In this document: in pieces, positions 23,801 through 35,367 of the stretch
Layout: each line of letters starts with the position of its first letter
How positions within the stretch are numbered: position 1 is the first letter of the stretch
Origin: Tubulanus polymorphus
Taxonomy: Eukaryota > Animalia > Nemertea
Direction of reading: 5' to 3'
NCBI RefSeq assembly: GCF_964204645.1
Contig: NC_134030.1
Location: 17,112,110-17,176,109, forward strand
Length of the DNA: 64,000 bases
Made by a program: the position numbers and the translations under genes
The notes under the pieces: generated by a model
What the model was told of the DNA's origin: nothing
Seen by the model: the letters and a program-made list of their open reading frames with translations, nothing else
Database searches by the model: none

Positions 23801-25919
23801 TGCCTTTTTGCCCAGAACATTTAACAGTAGATGATAGTTATTTAAGTGAATACCAGAAGAACATAAAACCGAAAGATCATGTTTTTACAGAAAAATTAAT
23901 ACTTACTCAAAATAATAAATACAATTATATTGTTCATTATAGAATGTTGAAATTTTATCTAAAGCAAGGAATGAAATTAAAGAAAGTACATAGATATATT
24001 GAATTTAATCAATCGAAGTGGTTAGAAAAATATATAGATTTTAATACTCAACAGAGAACCTTATCAAAAACAGATTTTGAAAAAGATTTCTTCAAATTAA
24101 TGAATAATAGTTTTTATGGTAAAACATGCGAAAATATTAGAAATAGAAATGATATTGAATTAGTAAATAATTCTGAAAGATTAAGGCATTTACAATCAAG
24201 TCCTAGACATTTAGGAAATAAAAGATTTGAAGATTATTTAACAGCAGTTAAATTAAAAAGAACATCAATGAAATTTAATAAACCTATATTTATTGGTTCG
24301 ACTGTTTTAGAAGTATCAAAATTATTAATGTATGATTTTTATTATAATGTTTTACAACCACTTTTTGGGGAAAAGCATATTGAAATATTATATTTTGATT
24401 CTGTAACAGCTGACACCCCAATATTATTAAAATGTAATGATAAAATATTGATAAGAAGAATTTCAGAAATAATTTCAAAACAAAATGAATGTTATATTTC
24501 ATATGGAGAAAAAGAATTAATACAAATAAATGGTTTAATGGATGTTTGGACAAGAAATGGATGGAAAAAATTAAAGAATATTATTAGGCATAAAACAAAT
24601 AACAAAATCTATAGAGTTAGAACTAAATTAGGATTTGTAGATGTTACAGAAGATCATAGTTTAATTAAACGAAATGGCGATGAAATAAAACCAACTGATA
24701 TAAAAATTGGAGATGAATTATTACATAAAAGATTTTTCCAAAGAATGAATCATGTCATTTAATGAAATTATTGATAATATTTATAATATAGAACCCGAAA
24801 CATTAGAAGAAAAAGAATATTTTATCAAAGGATTTTTCATGGGCGATGGTTCAGCAGGTGTGTATAATTATATTTTGGGGTAATAAATATTGTTGGTATT
24901 TATGCAATCAAGACTTAAAATTATTAGAAAGAATTAAGAAATTCTGTGAAGAAGTTTATTCACATAAAACATTTAGAATCATGGATGTTTTGAAATCATC
25001 AGCAGTTTATAGAATACTTGTAAATAATCCTAAAGATTTTGCTATAAAATATAATAATGAATTCTATATTCATGCAATAGTGAAAAGTAATACTTCAACA
25101 AAAGAAAAGATAGTTCCAGATTATGTATTAAATGCAAAAAATAATTTAAGAAAATGGTTCTTCATTGGGTTCTATGCTGCAGATGGTTCAAAAAGTTTCA
25201 AAAACCGCAAAACAATATCTTTAGCTCAAAAAGGAAAAGTTGCTATATCAGGATTGAATATATTATGCAATTCATTAGGTTTTAATATGAATATTGGATT
25301 GATTAAATCTAAACCAAATTGCTTTAATTTAAGCCATGTAGAAAATGAGTTAACAGAAGAAGTTAAAGATTTATTTGAAATATATAACCCAACAGATTAT
25401 GTTTATGATTTATCAACTGAAGATGGTACATTTAACTGTGGATTTCCATTAATAGCGGTCAATACTGATGCGTACATACTAAAAATCAAGACAAATGACA
25501 TAACAAAAGACTTAAAAACATTAAAACATCATTTTGATTTTAGCAATTATCCCAAAGATCATGAACTATTTAGCAAAGATAATAAAAAGATTCTTGGTAA
25601 ATTTAAAGATGAATTAGGGGGTGATTAAATGATTGAATTTGTTGGGATAAGAAGTAAAATGTATAGTTACAGAACAAAAGATCATGAAGCTAAAAAGTTA
25701 AAAGGAATAACAAAACATGTGGTTGATAAACATATAGAATTTCAAGATTATATAAAGTGTTTATATAACTCAATTGTAATGAAACACAAAATGAATTGTT
25801 TAAGATCAGAAGATCATGAGAAGTACATTAATGAAGTTGAAAAAACTAGTTTAAATCCATTTGATGATAAAATGCATATTTTAGATGATGGTATAAAAAC
25901 ATTACCTTATGGTCATTAA
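20871..25919 (+). pseudogene. polB: Protein-primed family B DNA polymerase (N-terminal Zn fingers, vOTU-like domain, HNH/EndoVII insert, intein); frameshifts and stops
   Basis: NIQNEDNKCFLWSI; YGDFES (ExoI); RDHDH..YRGAAH..CN (HNH); FHNLSGYD; FLDSYRF; YIDANNLYGWAM; KLMNNSFYGK; YFD|intein|TD; GKFKDE, SKMY, KGI. Frameshift ~21520; stops at 23152 and 25626. Confidence 0.95.
24400..25463 (+). other. Intein with LAGLIDADG homing endonuclease in pPolB motif C (two frameshifts)
   Basis: LYFD|SVTADTPILL...block B VTEDHSL...FIKGFFMGDGS...FFIGFYAADGS...block F VYDLSTEDGTF...AVN|TD. Confidence 0.92.
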
Positions 25920-26165
25920 AACATAAAATCAATATCATCATAATCGAAATCACTATTGGCTTCTTAATTTTCATTTAATTGTTTAGGTTCTTCTTAGGTT
26001 TTTCTCATTTAAATAAAGTTCTATCTTGTTCCACATTTCATCTCGCTCTCTTTGTTTCTTTTTGTTTGTTAATTCATCAAATGGAATTATAATATCTATG
26101 TTTAAATAATTTACAATCTTATTTAAAAAGAATTCATAATTAATTGAATCTGTTATTCTATTTTC

Positions 26166-26960
26166 TTAATGATACATTAATATTTGTTTGAATATTTTTT
26201 TTATATTTTCCATATCTTCTTCTGTTAATTTAGGTTTTTCATAATAATCGTTAAATAATAAATATAAATACATTTTCGTTTGTTTTGTGTTAAATGTTGA
26301 CGGAATAATTGTTTTTATAATATCTTTTTTAGTTATTTCACCATTTTCATTTTCTATTATTTTCATTTTTTCAAGCCATTGCATATATTCTGGTGTATGA
26401 TCTTCCATAGAAAATATTTTAAAAATTTCATCTAGATAATTTAATTTTGGATCTATGAGAAAATCTCTAGTTTTTTCTTCACCCAATAAATTCTTTTGCC
26501 ATCCACATTCATTACACATAACACAGTACCTTCTTGTCTTAAGGTCGCATAACTACATTGTGGACATTTTCGTTTATAATTTATTGGTAATAGATCTTCA
26601 TTAAGCTCCTGGTATTTTCTTACGTTTTCTTTATGTTTTATTGTTCTATTATGTAGATTAGAATTACTTGTTGTAATAATCAATTTACAATATTTACAAT
26701 AATATGTTTTTCTTGTTAATTCATTATATTGTTTTTTTAACTTTTCAACTGTTTCTTTATTATCTGGTAACGTTTACTCATATTTTATTTTTTCTAATAA
26801 ATTATTTTTTCTTTCATTAAATTCAGTTTCAAATTTATTAGAAATTTTATCTATATGTACTTTACGAAATTGATGATTCTCCCAATCTTCTATATTTTCA
26901 GCGTTATATTTTATTCGACAAGGCTCACAGAAATGATCTTTTATATTATCCTTATCATAG
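26166..26960 (-). pseudogene. Polinton hypothetical Cys-rich (zinc-finger) protein, frameshifted
   Basis: Overlapping ORF pieces with CPQC and CNEC motifs; further CxxC upstream. Confidence 0.5.
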
Positions 26961-26974
26961 AATAAGAAAGGTCT

Positions 26975-27226
26975 TCACCAAATAACTTCAGGTTCAACTT
27001 CAGCAGAATTACTATTACTTTCATTACTATCAACATTAGCCGTTGCGCCATTAATTCTACACTTCTCTGAATGTTTCTTAACATAATTTCTTGAGAATAA
27101 TTTATTACATTTTGGGCAGTTTATTTTAGGGGGTTTATAATTTTCATCATGTTTTTTCATATGTCGAGCCATATTACTTTTTCTTAGAAGTTCACCACAA
27201 ATTTCGCATGCTATCTTCTCATCCAT
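26975..27226 (-). CDS. Small double zinc-finger protein
   Basis: CEIC...HMKKH and CPKC...HSEKC; TAAATG start. Confidence 0.7.
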   Translation of the reverse strand: MDEKIACEICGELLRKSNMARHMKKHDENYKPPKINCPKCNKLFSRNYVKKHSEKCRINGATANVDSNESNSNSAEVEPEVIW

Positions 27227-27294
27227 TTATTAAGGAAAAATTTTATTAAAATTAATTTTTAGTGATGAGCGGTAATTTTTTTATGTTATAAATA

Positions 27295-28078
27295 ATGGTA
27301 GAATTAAAAGAATACAGAATATTTGTTGATTCTAGAAAACTTACAAATTATAAATCACATAATTTACTAGTTCAATTAGATAGAGAATTTAAGAATTGTG
27401 TTGATTTAAAATTAGTAAATATAAGTTTATGTAACTCTTTTTATAATGTATCAGATAAAACTGATGAACATAGAAGCTTTTTTATTTTTGATAAAATTAA
27501 ACCTGAATGGATTCAACTTATGCTTACACCAGGATTATATAATTTAGAAAGATTAGCGCTAGAAATTAATAGAAAAGCTCGGTTTAGATTAGGTAGTGAT
27601 TCTAAATTTAATATTGAATTCATAAAAAGTGAGAGCTCTAATAAAATTAAAGTAAAGTTTGATGATGAAAATATTGGTACTCATTTACATTCAAACAAAC
27701 ATGCTTACGTGGTAAAAAATCCTTGCTAAACTGTTAGGAATTCCTCCAGATAAACTTATTGTTGAAAACACACGCGGTATATCAAATTGAATACCTTTTA
27801 CGCATTTTTATATTTATTGCAATTTATTTGATCCTACAAAAACATTTGAAGCAACTAAAGATAAAACTTGCAATTCTAGTATACTAAATATTTTACCATT
27901 AAAAGATGTAAAACAATTTGGAACTCAAATAAATTATAATTTAACAGAATGTGATTTTAAACCTTGCATTCCACATTTCAATAATTTCAAATTGGAAATA
28001 AGAAATCATAATGGTTATTTAATTGATTTATATAACTTTCCTGTGATATATGAATTAGTTATAAGATGTAGAGTGTAA
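27295..28078 (+). pseudogene. Minor capsid (penton) protein, frameshift near 27720
   Basis: IFVDS, ISLCNSFYNV, PGLYN; alternative frame LAKLLGI, FYIYCNL, LEIRNHNGYLIDLYNFP, typical of Polinton pentons. Confidence 0.75.
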
Positions 28079-28094
28079 TTTTTTCATTATATAA

Positions 28095-28448
28095 ATGAAT
28101 AAAACTGTTGGACCGAGTATATGTTTTGGGTTTGATTTTAAACGTGAGAAAGAAATGAAATTTAATATTAATGATGTAATTACACAAATCAAAAATATTG
28201 CATTTCCTAATGAAACAACATTTAAGTATGAAAAAACAATAGATAAAGAAACTTTAAATGTAGAAAAGATTACTCATTTAATTAGAGAATCTTTAAGATT
28301 TTATGAATTAGATGAAGATTCTATCATCGATGATATTAAAAAAATAATAATTGAAATATATACAAATGAAACTAGTAATGAAATAAATGTTGAATTAATC
28401 ATAAATAAGTTAACTAAATATTTTGAAGATAGTAATTTTTTTGATTAA
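28095..28448 (+). CDS. Polinton hypothetical protein
   Basis: 117-aa ORF with T-tract/TAAATG start. Confidence 0.6.
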   Translation: MNKTVGPSICFGFDFKREKEMKFNINDVITQIKNIAFPNETTFKYEKTIDKETLNVEKITHLIRESLRFYELDEDSIIDDIKKIIIEIYTNETSNEINVELIINKLTKYFEDSNFFD

Positions 28449-28451
28449 TAA

Positions 28452-28673
28452 ATGAGTGATAATAAGTGGATAATAACTGGATTATATAATGGAGCATTAC
28501 TATCAGTTGGAACTGTTGGTTATTCAATGGTATTAAAAAAAGTATTCAAAATGGGAAGTGTTAATGTTGATAGATTTGATATAAATGATATTTTAAAGTT
28601 AACATTAGCAATTACTTTATCTAATTTAACTATTGATTATTTGGAAAAACAAAAATATATTCCTCCCATATAA
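28452..28673 (+). CDS. Small hydrophobic (membrane) protein
   Basis: 73 aa, two hydrophobic stretches, TAAATG start. Confidence 0.65.
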   Translation: MSDNKWIITGLYNGALLSVGTVGYSMVLKKVFKMGSVNVDRFDINDILKLTLAITLSNLTIDYLEKQKYIPPI

Positions 28674-28698
28674 ATGCATAATTTTTTTTGTTAAATGA

Positions 28699-29121
28699 AT
28701 GGCTTCTGCAATTATAACTATTATAGGATCGGCAATTGTTAACGCTTTAGCATTTACTGGTGGTGGATATTTATTTAAACATATTGATAAAAATAGTTCA
28801 TTAGGAGAACAAAGAAGACATAACTTAGCATTAGAGAAATACAATAAAGCAGCAGAAGAATATAGAGAAAAGAGGCAAAACTATATGGATTATATTAACA
28901 AAGAATTATATGATCAGAAGATTTCACATAGAGATTTTCAATCAGTTGATGATGCAATGAGTTTATATAACGCAGTAACCAATAAAGAAAAATTACTTCT
29001 ATACAAACCTAAATTATCAGATTATTATACCCCAAGTAAAGAACAACAGAAATATGAAATAATATGGATTTTAGGTGGAACTGTTATTGTTATATTTGTA
29101 GCATATAAATTTACTAATTAG
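28699..29121 (+). CDS. Membrane-associated protein (hydrophobic termini, central coiled coil)
   Basis: MASAIITIIGSAIVNALAFTGGGYLF...; C-terminal TM segment. Confidence 0.7.
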   Translation: MASAIITIIGSAIVNALAFTGGGYLFKHIDKNSSLGEQRRHNLALEKYNKAAEEYREKRQNYMDYINKELYDQKISHRDFQSVDDAMSLYNAVTNKEKLLLYKPKLSDYYTPSKEQQKYEIIWILGGTVIVIFVAYKFTN

Positions 29122-29141
29122 TAATTTTTTTTTCTAAATAA

Positions 29142-29576
29142 ATGGAAGATAAAGTTGATAGTATTGATATTATTCCTCATGATATAAATAAAACTAAATT
29201 AAAAATATATTTAGAAAAACAAATATTAGAATTTGAAAGTGACTTAAAAGTTAAAAAGAAAAAATATCTAAAAAGTAAAATTATATATTATTTGATTATA
29301 AGTGGTTCGGTTACGATTAGTTCTGTAATAACATTTTTAGCAATATTCAGCCCATTAACACCTTTAGCTATATCAATTGGTGTGTTAGGATTAAGTTCAA
29401 GTGTTTTAACCGGTATAAGTTCAAAATTAAATATAAAAAGTAATAAAGAAAAAATTAAAACTAATATAAAAGAAATTAATAAATTAAAGAATACACTAGA
29501 TTATATAATAAGTTTAAATGGTCATATAACAGTTGAAGAACAAGATAAATTATTAAAAGAATTAATAAATTATTAA
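29142..29576 (+). CDS. Two-TM membrane protein
   Basis: Central hydrophobic hairpin flanked by Lys-rich helices; TAAATG start. Confidence 0.65.
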   Translation: MEDKVDSIDIIPHDINKTKLKIYLEKQILEFESDLKVKKKKYLKSKIIYYLIISGSVTISSVITFLAIFSPLTPLAISIGVLGLSSSVLTGISSKLNIKSNKEKIKTNIKEINKLKNTLDYIISLNGHITVEEQDKLLKELINY

Positions 29577-29592
29577 TTTTTTAATCATATAA

Positions 29593-30981
29593 ATGGTAGA
29601 TAGTTTTCCAAAAGCTTTCCAATATAATAAATCAATTAAATATAATATTCCAGCAATGGATTTTAATAAAGATATTACATATAGAAATGAAGTTTTAGAT
29701 TCATTAACTAATTTAGAAATTTATGTTACTGAAACTTATAATTTTAATGCAAAGATGGAAAATATATTTCATATATATTTAATTAATTTTAAAAAATTGA
29801 AAGATGAAAAACAATGGTTATTAAAATCTAATATGAAGTATTGGCAGAACCAATTAAATTTTGCTGTTTATTGTGCAACAACAGGATGTGGAATTAGTTG
29901 GATTGATCATTTGAATAATTCTAAATATAAATTAATTCAAAGTTTATTTAGATTTCATACATACTTTCAAATCAGAATAATATTAAATGAATTAGAGTGT
30001 GCTTTACCAGGATCTAGGTATTTCAAAGAATAAGATAATAATATTAATTTATCTAAGTTTTATAAGATTTGCAATGAATTTAATATAGATATAAATAATT
30101 CTGATTTTAGAACAAAAATTGGAACAATAAGATCACTTCCTTGCCCTAAAAAGATTGCAGAATATTGTGCACTTCCCATACCATCTAATAGTTTGTATAA
30201 TATCTATAGTCATAAATTAGGTTATGGTAAAATAGAAACTAAGGATTTAGAAACATTAAATTTTAATAAATTACCGACATTTTATGATAATTTAAAACAA
30301 GAAAACAATAATGGTTGGGTTAATTTCATTTTAGAAAATAATGAAGGTTTTACAAAATCAGGTATACAAAGAATAAATCAATCTATTAGAACTTATTTGA
30401 TATGTATTTTAGGTGCGCAAGTTGAAACAAGATCCCCAATAATTGGAAATTTAAATACATCATTTGATACACAGAAACAATTCAAAGTATTATTTGAAGA
30501 TTCCATACATAATGATAAAAATAGATCGATTCCAGAAAACATTGTAAGATATCAAAATTATTTAGATAAATCACATATTAGATTAAATTATTGTATAGGC
30601 CCTAATCTATTAATTATTTCTAATGATTTAGTATTAAAGATGGGAAACATAATTGGTTATAATAATCTAATTAAAACTGCAACAATAAATAATTCATTTG
30701 GATTGAATGATATAAATAAAAAGATTATCACTGCTCCAAAATTAATGGAAGGTGAAAAAATTAAAAAACATATTCAATCAACAGAAACTAAAACTAAGAA
30801 TATTAAATTGGATAATGATTCCAAAATAAAAGATTACAATACTACAGAAAATATTAAAACTGATAATATTCAACATGATATAATTAAAACTGATAATGAC
30901 AATAAATTACATGAAAATACTAAATTAGCTTTAACTTGTATAGGAATTGTAATCGGAGGAATATTATATTTTAAATTTTAA
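29593..30981 (+). pseudogene. Hypothetical protein with C-terminal TM anchor (one internal stop at 30031-30033)
   Basis: ORFs 29593-30033 and 30193-30981 are in the same frame; YWQNQLNFAVYCATTGCGIS; C-terminal LTCIGIVIGGILYF. Confidence 0.65.
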
Positions 30982-30997
30982 TTTTTTTATTATATAA

Positions 30998-32460
30998 ATG
31001 GATGTAGAAGGTGGAGAAGATATTGGAATGGATAATTTTGATGAACCTGGCATAACTGATGAACAACCACCTGATTTTGATGAAACAAGTTTTAATGATG
31101 GTAATGAGCCAGAATATAATAATAATTTGAATATGCCTGATTATATTAAAAATGCTGAATCACAATTAAATCCTGAAAATTTTGGACCCAGATTTAGTAA
31201 AACAAGATTTAGATTATTTAAACAAAATACCTAAATTAGAAGATTTAATTGAAAAATCTAAACTTAACATAAATGATGAAGACGTTGGACTTTTAGCAGA
31301 TCAATTAAAATTTTTAGATAATGGTAAATGTATTTATCGTTTGAAAGGTGATTATTATATTGATATCACTTATAAAAACAATAAAAATAAGATATTATCA
31401 GAATCAACTTTAGAAAAATTAAAACCAGATAGAATTAAAATAATAAGTAATAGTAATGAAATAACTGATGTTACACAAAAAGAAATAGATGATAATATAG
31501 AAGTATTTAAACAAAGAATTAATGAATTATTTGAAATAATCAAAAAGAAATCAGAAACAGAAACAACTTCTGAACGGAATATAACTTCCAAAAATAGTAA
31601 ACTTAAATCAAATAAAGTTCCAATTGAAAAACTTTTACCGAATGGATTAATTGATGCAACAGATCAAGAATTAGAAGATTTAGATATATTTTCTGATAAA
31701 GCAATTAGAGAAATTATTAGTATAAGACTTGCATCTGTTAAAATTGCGTATGATAAAAGTATAAAAGATTTTAAAATTAGAACTTTAGAAAAAGAATTAA
31801 CTGATAAAAATAAAGAAATAGAAAAAATAAAGTCTGATTTAGATCATCAAGTAATTGATGAAATAGAATATAGGCAAAAAGAATTACGTTTAGAAAAAGA
31901 AAAAGATGATTTAGAATATAACATAGAATTACAAAAAGAAGAAATTAAATTATTATTAAAATCATATGATTATAATATTAATAGATTAAAAGATGTTTTT
32001 AAAAGATATCTAATAAAACCAGATTCTAAAATATCATTGAAAGATAGAATAAAATTATTATTTAAGTTTGAAGGAATAACAATTCTTTCAATTCTAACAG
32101 CTGTAACTATGTTATTTACAACATTTGGTTTAGCAATATCAAATTCTTAAAAACCTACTCCTACTCCCAATAAACCAGATAAACCCCCAGGTAATAATTC
32201 TATACAAGATAAAGTTAAAGATGGTTTAAAGAAATTAGCAAAATATTTATGGGAACTATCTAAAAAATCTGCTGCAGCTTTACCAGGAATTATTGCATCA
32301 ATTGTTGGTTTTATATTGAAATCTGCTGGGAATATTCTTAACTTTGCTGCTGAACATATTATTTTATTTTTAATTACAGTTGTAAGTGCTATTATTTTTG
32401 GGTTAGTAAATATGATATCAAAAAGATATCAAGAAAAAAATAATAAAAAAATAAATAATT
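30998..32460 (+). pseudogene. Large coiled-coil membrane protein, two frameshifts
   Basis: Acidic N-terminus, coiled coil, TM (GITILSILTAV...); continues in another frame DKVKDGLKKLAKYL...ALPGIIASIVGFIL...IILFLITVV. Confidence 0.65.
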
Positions 32461-32473
32461 AATTTTTTTGTTT

Positions 32474-34080
32474 TGTAGCGGAAAATCCCTTGCCGTAGTT
32501 GTTTTTCGGGGTGTTTTCTTCTGCAAAGCTCCTCCGCCGCCCTGCGCGTGGTTGATTTTATAAATTATAGTTTTGTATTTCCGGTGTTGGAAATGGTCGG
32601 TCGGTTTTGGGCGGTAATTAGCGCAACTTTTCTAAATCTCCCCTTTTTGCAATTTTGTCCGATCACTTCCCACACCTTTAAATTATCGTATCGCTTTGAA
32701 ATTTGTACAGAATGTATAAACCTTGGATCAAAATGTTTTCACGTATTTTTCTTATCGTTCCGTCCATTTATAACTTAATTATATTAGGTTTTATATAAAA
32801 ATTACCTCCTCTCGCTCTAATGTCCGCCATTTTGTTGTAATGTGACGTCACGTTGCTCGCATTCCTGACGTCATTGTGGCACTCAGCCAATCAGCGCTGA
32901 GTGCAGCGTGACGTCACCTTGCATTTTTTTTGAATTGAGAAAGCGAGTTCGCTCAAATTATCTGAGGTACGTAGTTCAACCCGGCGCCGAGTCCTCTTGG
33001 CGTCGGGTAGGACCCTCGTTACGAAGTCTATTGCTTAATGATCTTGTGCTCTGGGTCAACTTGGCGACCTATAATCACTTTGATTCCCTTTTGACTTTAA
33101 TAGATCAACCTGGCGATCTATTAAATCTCGTTTTATATAGGTCAACGTGGCAACCTATATATAAATTCTGAGATGCCGTCAGTTCAACGTTATCGGGGTC
33201 AACTCGGCGACCCGGTTCTGTCAATTCTTTTCTTGACACATGATCTTTGAGCTTAATTTATGTATATATCCGTAGACATGATAAGCTCGACCTTTTTAAA
33301 TTCCGGGCAAATGCAATAATTAGATTATTTATTAGATTGTTAAAAATAATGAATCAGAGCAAGTTTTCTACGTTGATTTTTAAAAGTTTATTCTGTTTAA
33401 TTATAGAATATAAAATACATTTCATTTATATGAACGTACGAGTTAAATTTGGAAAATATTATTAATATATATTGAATTTTAAAACTCTCGTTTTCTCTGT
33501 CGCGAGTAGAGGAGGAGGCCTGTGTCCCTTTTATTCCCCTAATTTGTGTGTCACATGAGTCCATAGTAAGCTGGGGCAAGCCAAAGAAGCCGGTTGCGAG
33601 AGCTACGTGCTGGAGGCACTTGGAATGACACTTTACACCAGAGGATACCAGAGGAGAAGTAGGCGCCGGTGCTCGGGTGACCGTGTGATCTCGCGTCTTG
33701 TCAAGGGCCCTGACTTGACTGATCACACGGCGGACACTCGTCCTGACTGGTCTGGTGACCCATTCATCCAGCCATGGGGTTGTGGGGTACGATTCGCACT
33801 CACCTCTGACACTATTTTAGCCCTCGTGGAGCCCCTTTTTCCCTTGAGTCAGCCGCTGTCCATTTATCAACCTTCGGAGGATGACTTTTCCCCTTTGCAG
33901 TCCTACTACCCGGGATTGTTCGACGAAGGCGGACCCTTGTAGCCATGCCCTGACGAAGAAGCCTTGGAACTCGGACACTTTGAGATCGTACCATCCTTTA
34001 TTCCGTAAACGCTACCCTGGCGCCACCTCTCCGTTGAGTCACCCACCTCTCCGAGGGAGGCTCCGGGCGTCGCGGCTACA
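32474..34080 (+). mobile_element. Solo LTR (1.6 kb, Gypsy-like) inserted 9 bp upstream of the capsid ATG
   Basis: TGTAGCGG...CGGCTACA termini; TSD GTTT at 32470-32473 and 34081-34084; GC-rich relative to the Polinton; three TGACGTCA sites and a CCAAT at 32843-32916. Confidence 0.88.
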
Positions 34081-34089
34081 GTTTAATAA

Positions 34090-35337
34090 ATGAGTGGGAG
34101 TTATATAAGTCCTTCTAAGATTTCTAGAATATCTATTGCTATTAAAGCAGAAAGATCACATCGTATAATTACTCATAACCCTTCAAATATTTATCCCGAT
34201 GAAACTTTATATGTTAGAATTCCTAGATTAACACAAAATACTTTTTATGTTCCAAATAGTATTTATTTATCAGCCGATATAAAAGTAACTGGCCATGATA
34301 ACAATTATGTTGTTGATAATGTTGGAAGATATTTGATTAAAAAATTAACTATAAAGATTGGTCCAGAAACAGTTTTCTCATTAGATGATTATAATTTATC
34401 TATGCATTATAAAGATTTATGGTTAACTAAAGAAAATAGAAATAATATGATATTTCAGGGTATTCAATCGGAAAACCATAATAAATTAAGATCAGGAGCT
34501 AATGACGCAATAGTAACTCGTGCCACAGATAATTTGATAAAAAAGATTTATAGAAGCAAATATGAAATTCCATTAGACTTTGAATTGATAAATAATAATG
34601 CACCTTTATATAAATACGCAATTCAAGAAGATATTATATTTGAGATAACATTTGCTCCTGTAAATGAAATTGTATTATCTAGCGTTGTTGAAGATATGAG
34701 TTATAAATTATCGAATATATGTTTAGAATATGATACAGTAACTGATGAAAATATTGCTAGCACAATTCAAACTCAATACAATCAAGGATTTTCATTATTA
34801 TATGATTATATTGATAAATTTAAAACCGTAACTATTAATGCAAATGATGAAATAATTAATGAGAATATTAACTTCCCAAGAAGATCTATTAAAGGTATAT
34901 TAATATTTTTTACCATTGCAACATATTCTAATGATGCAATAAAGGTAGATAATTATTATAATCCTGAAATAACAAAAGTAGAAATAACTATCGAAGGAAT
35001 AGCAAATAAAATATTTTGCCAAGGAATGAGAATGATAGATCAGTGGCCAGAAATTAGAAAACATTTTATGAATGAAAAAGTAAAATCATTTGAAAATTGT
35101 AATATTAATCAAATTGATTATTATACCGGCAATAAATATGCATTATGGTTAGATTTTAGAACAACAGAGGATAATTCATTACATGGTTCTGGAAAAAAAT
35201 TACAAAACACTAAAGATGGAATACAATTATTCATGGCGAAGAAAAGAGGGGACAAAAATTTCAAAATGCACATTTATATTATATCTGACGCGCAATTAAA
35301 TATTGTAAATTCACAATTAGATAGTATTCAATATTAG
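34090..35337 (+). CDS. Major capsid protein (double jelly-roll), intact
   Basis: 415 aa, beta-rich; THNPS...LYVRIP, YEIPL, ICLEYD, SIKGILIFF, LWLDFR; size and position next to INT and ATPase fit a Polinton MCP. Confidence 0.82.
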   Translation: MSGSYISPSKISRISIAIKAERSHRIITHNPSNIYPDETLYVRIPRLTQNTFYVPNSIYLSADIKVTGHDNNYVVDNVGRYLIKKLTIKIGPETVFSLDDYNLSMHYKDLWLTKENRNNMIFQGIQSENHNKLRSGANDAIVTRATDNLIKKIYRSKYEIPLDFELINNNAPLYKYAIQEDIIFEITFAPVNEIVLSSVVEDMSYKLSNICLEYDTVTDENIASTIQTQYNQGFSLLYDYIDKFKTVTINANDEIINENINFPRRSIKGILIFFTIATYSNDAIKVDNYYNPEITKVEITIEGIANKIFCQGMRMIDQWPEIRKHFMNEKVKSFENCNINQIDYYTGNKYALWLDFRTTEDNSLHGSGKKLQNTKDGIQLFMAKKRGDKNFKMHIYIISDAQLNIVNSQLDSIQY

Positions 35338-35367
35338 AAATATAAAGTTAAAATTAAGGATATATAA

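Noticed and set aside
32548-34093. ORFs in the solo LTR as Polinton genes
   Set aside because: They lie inside a TG...CA element with a TSD; no motifs, non-ATG starts.
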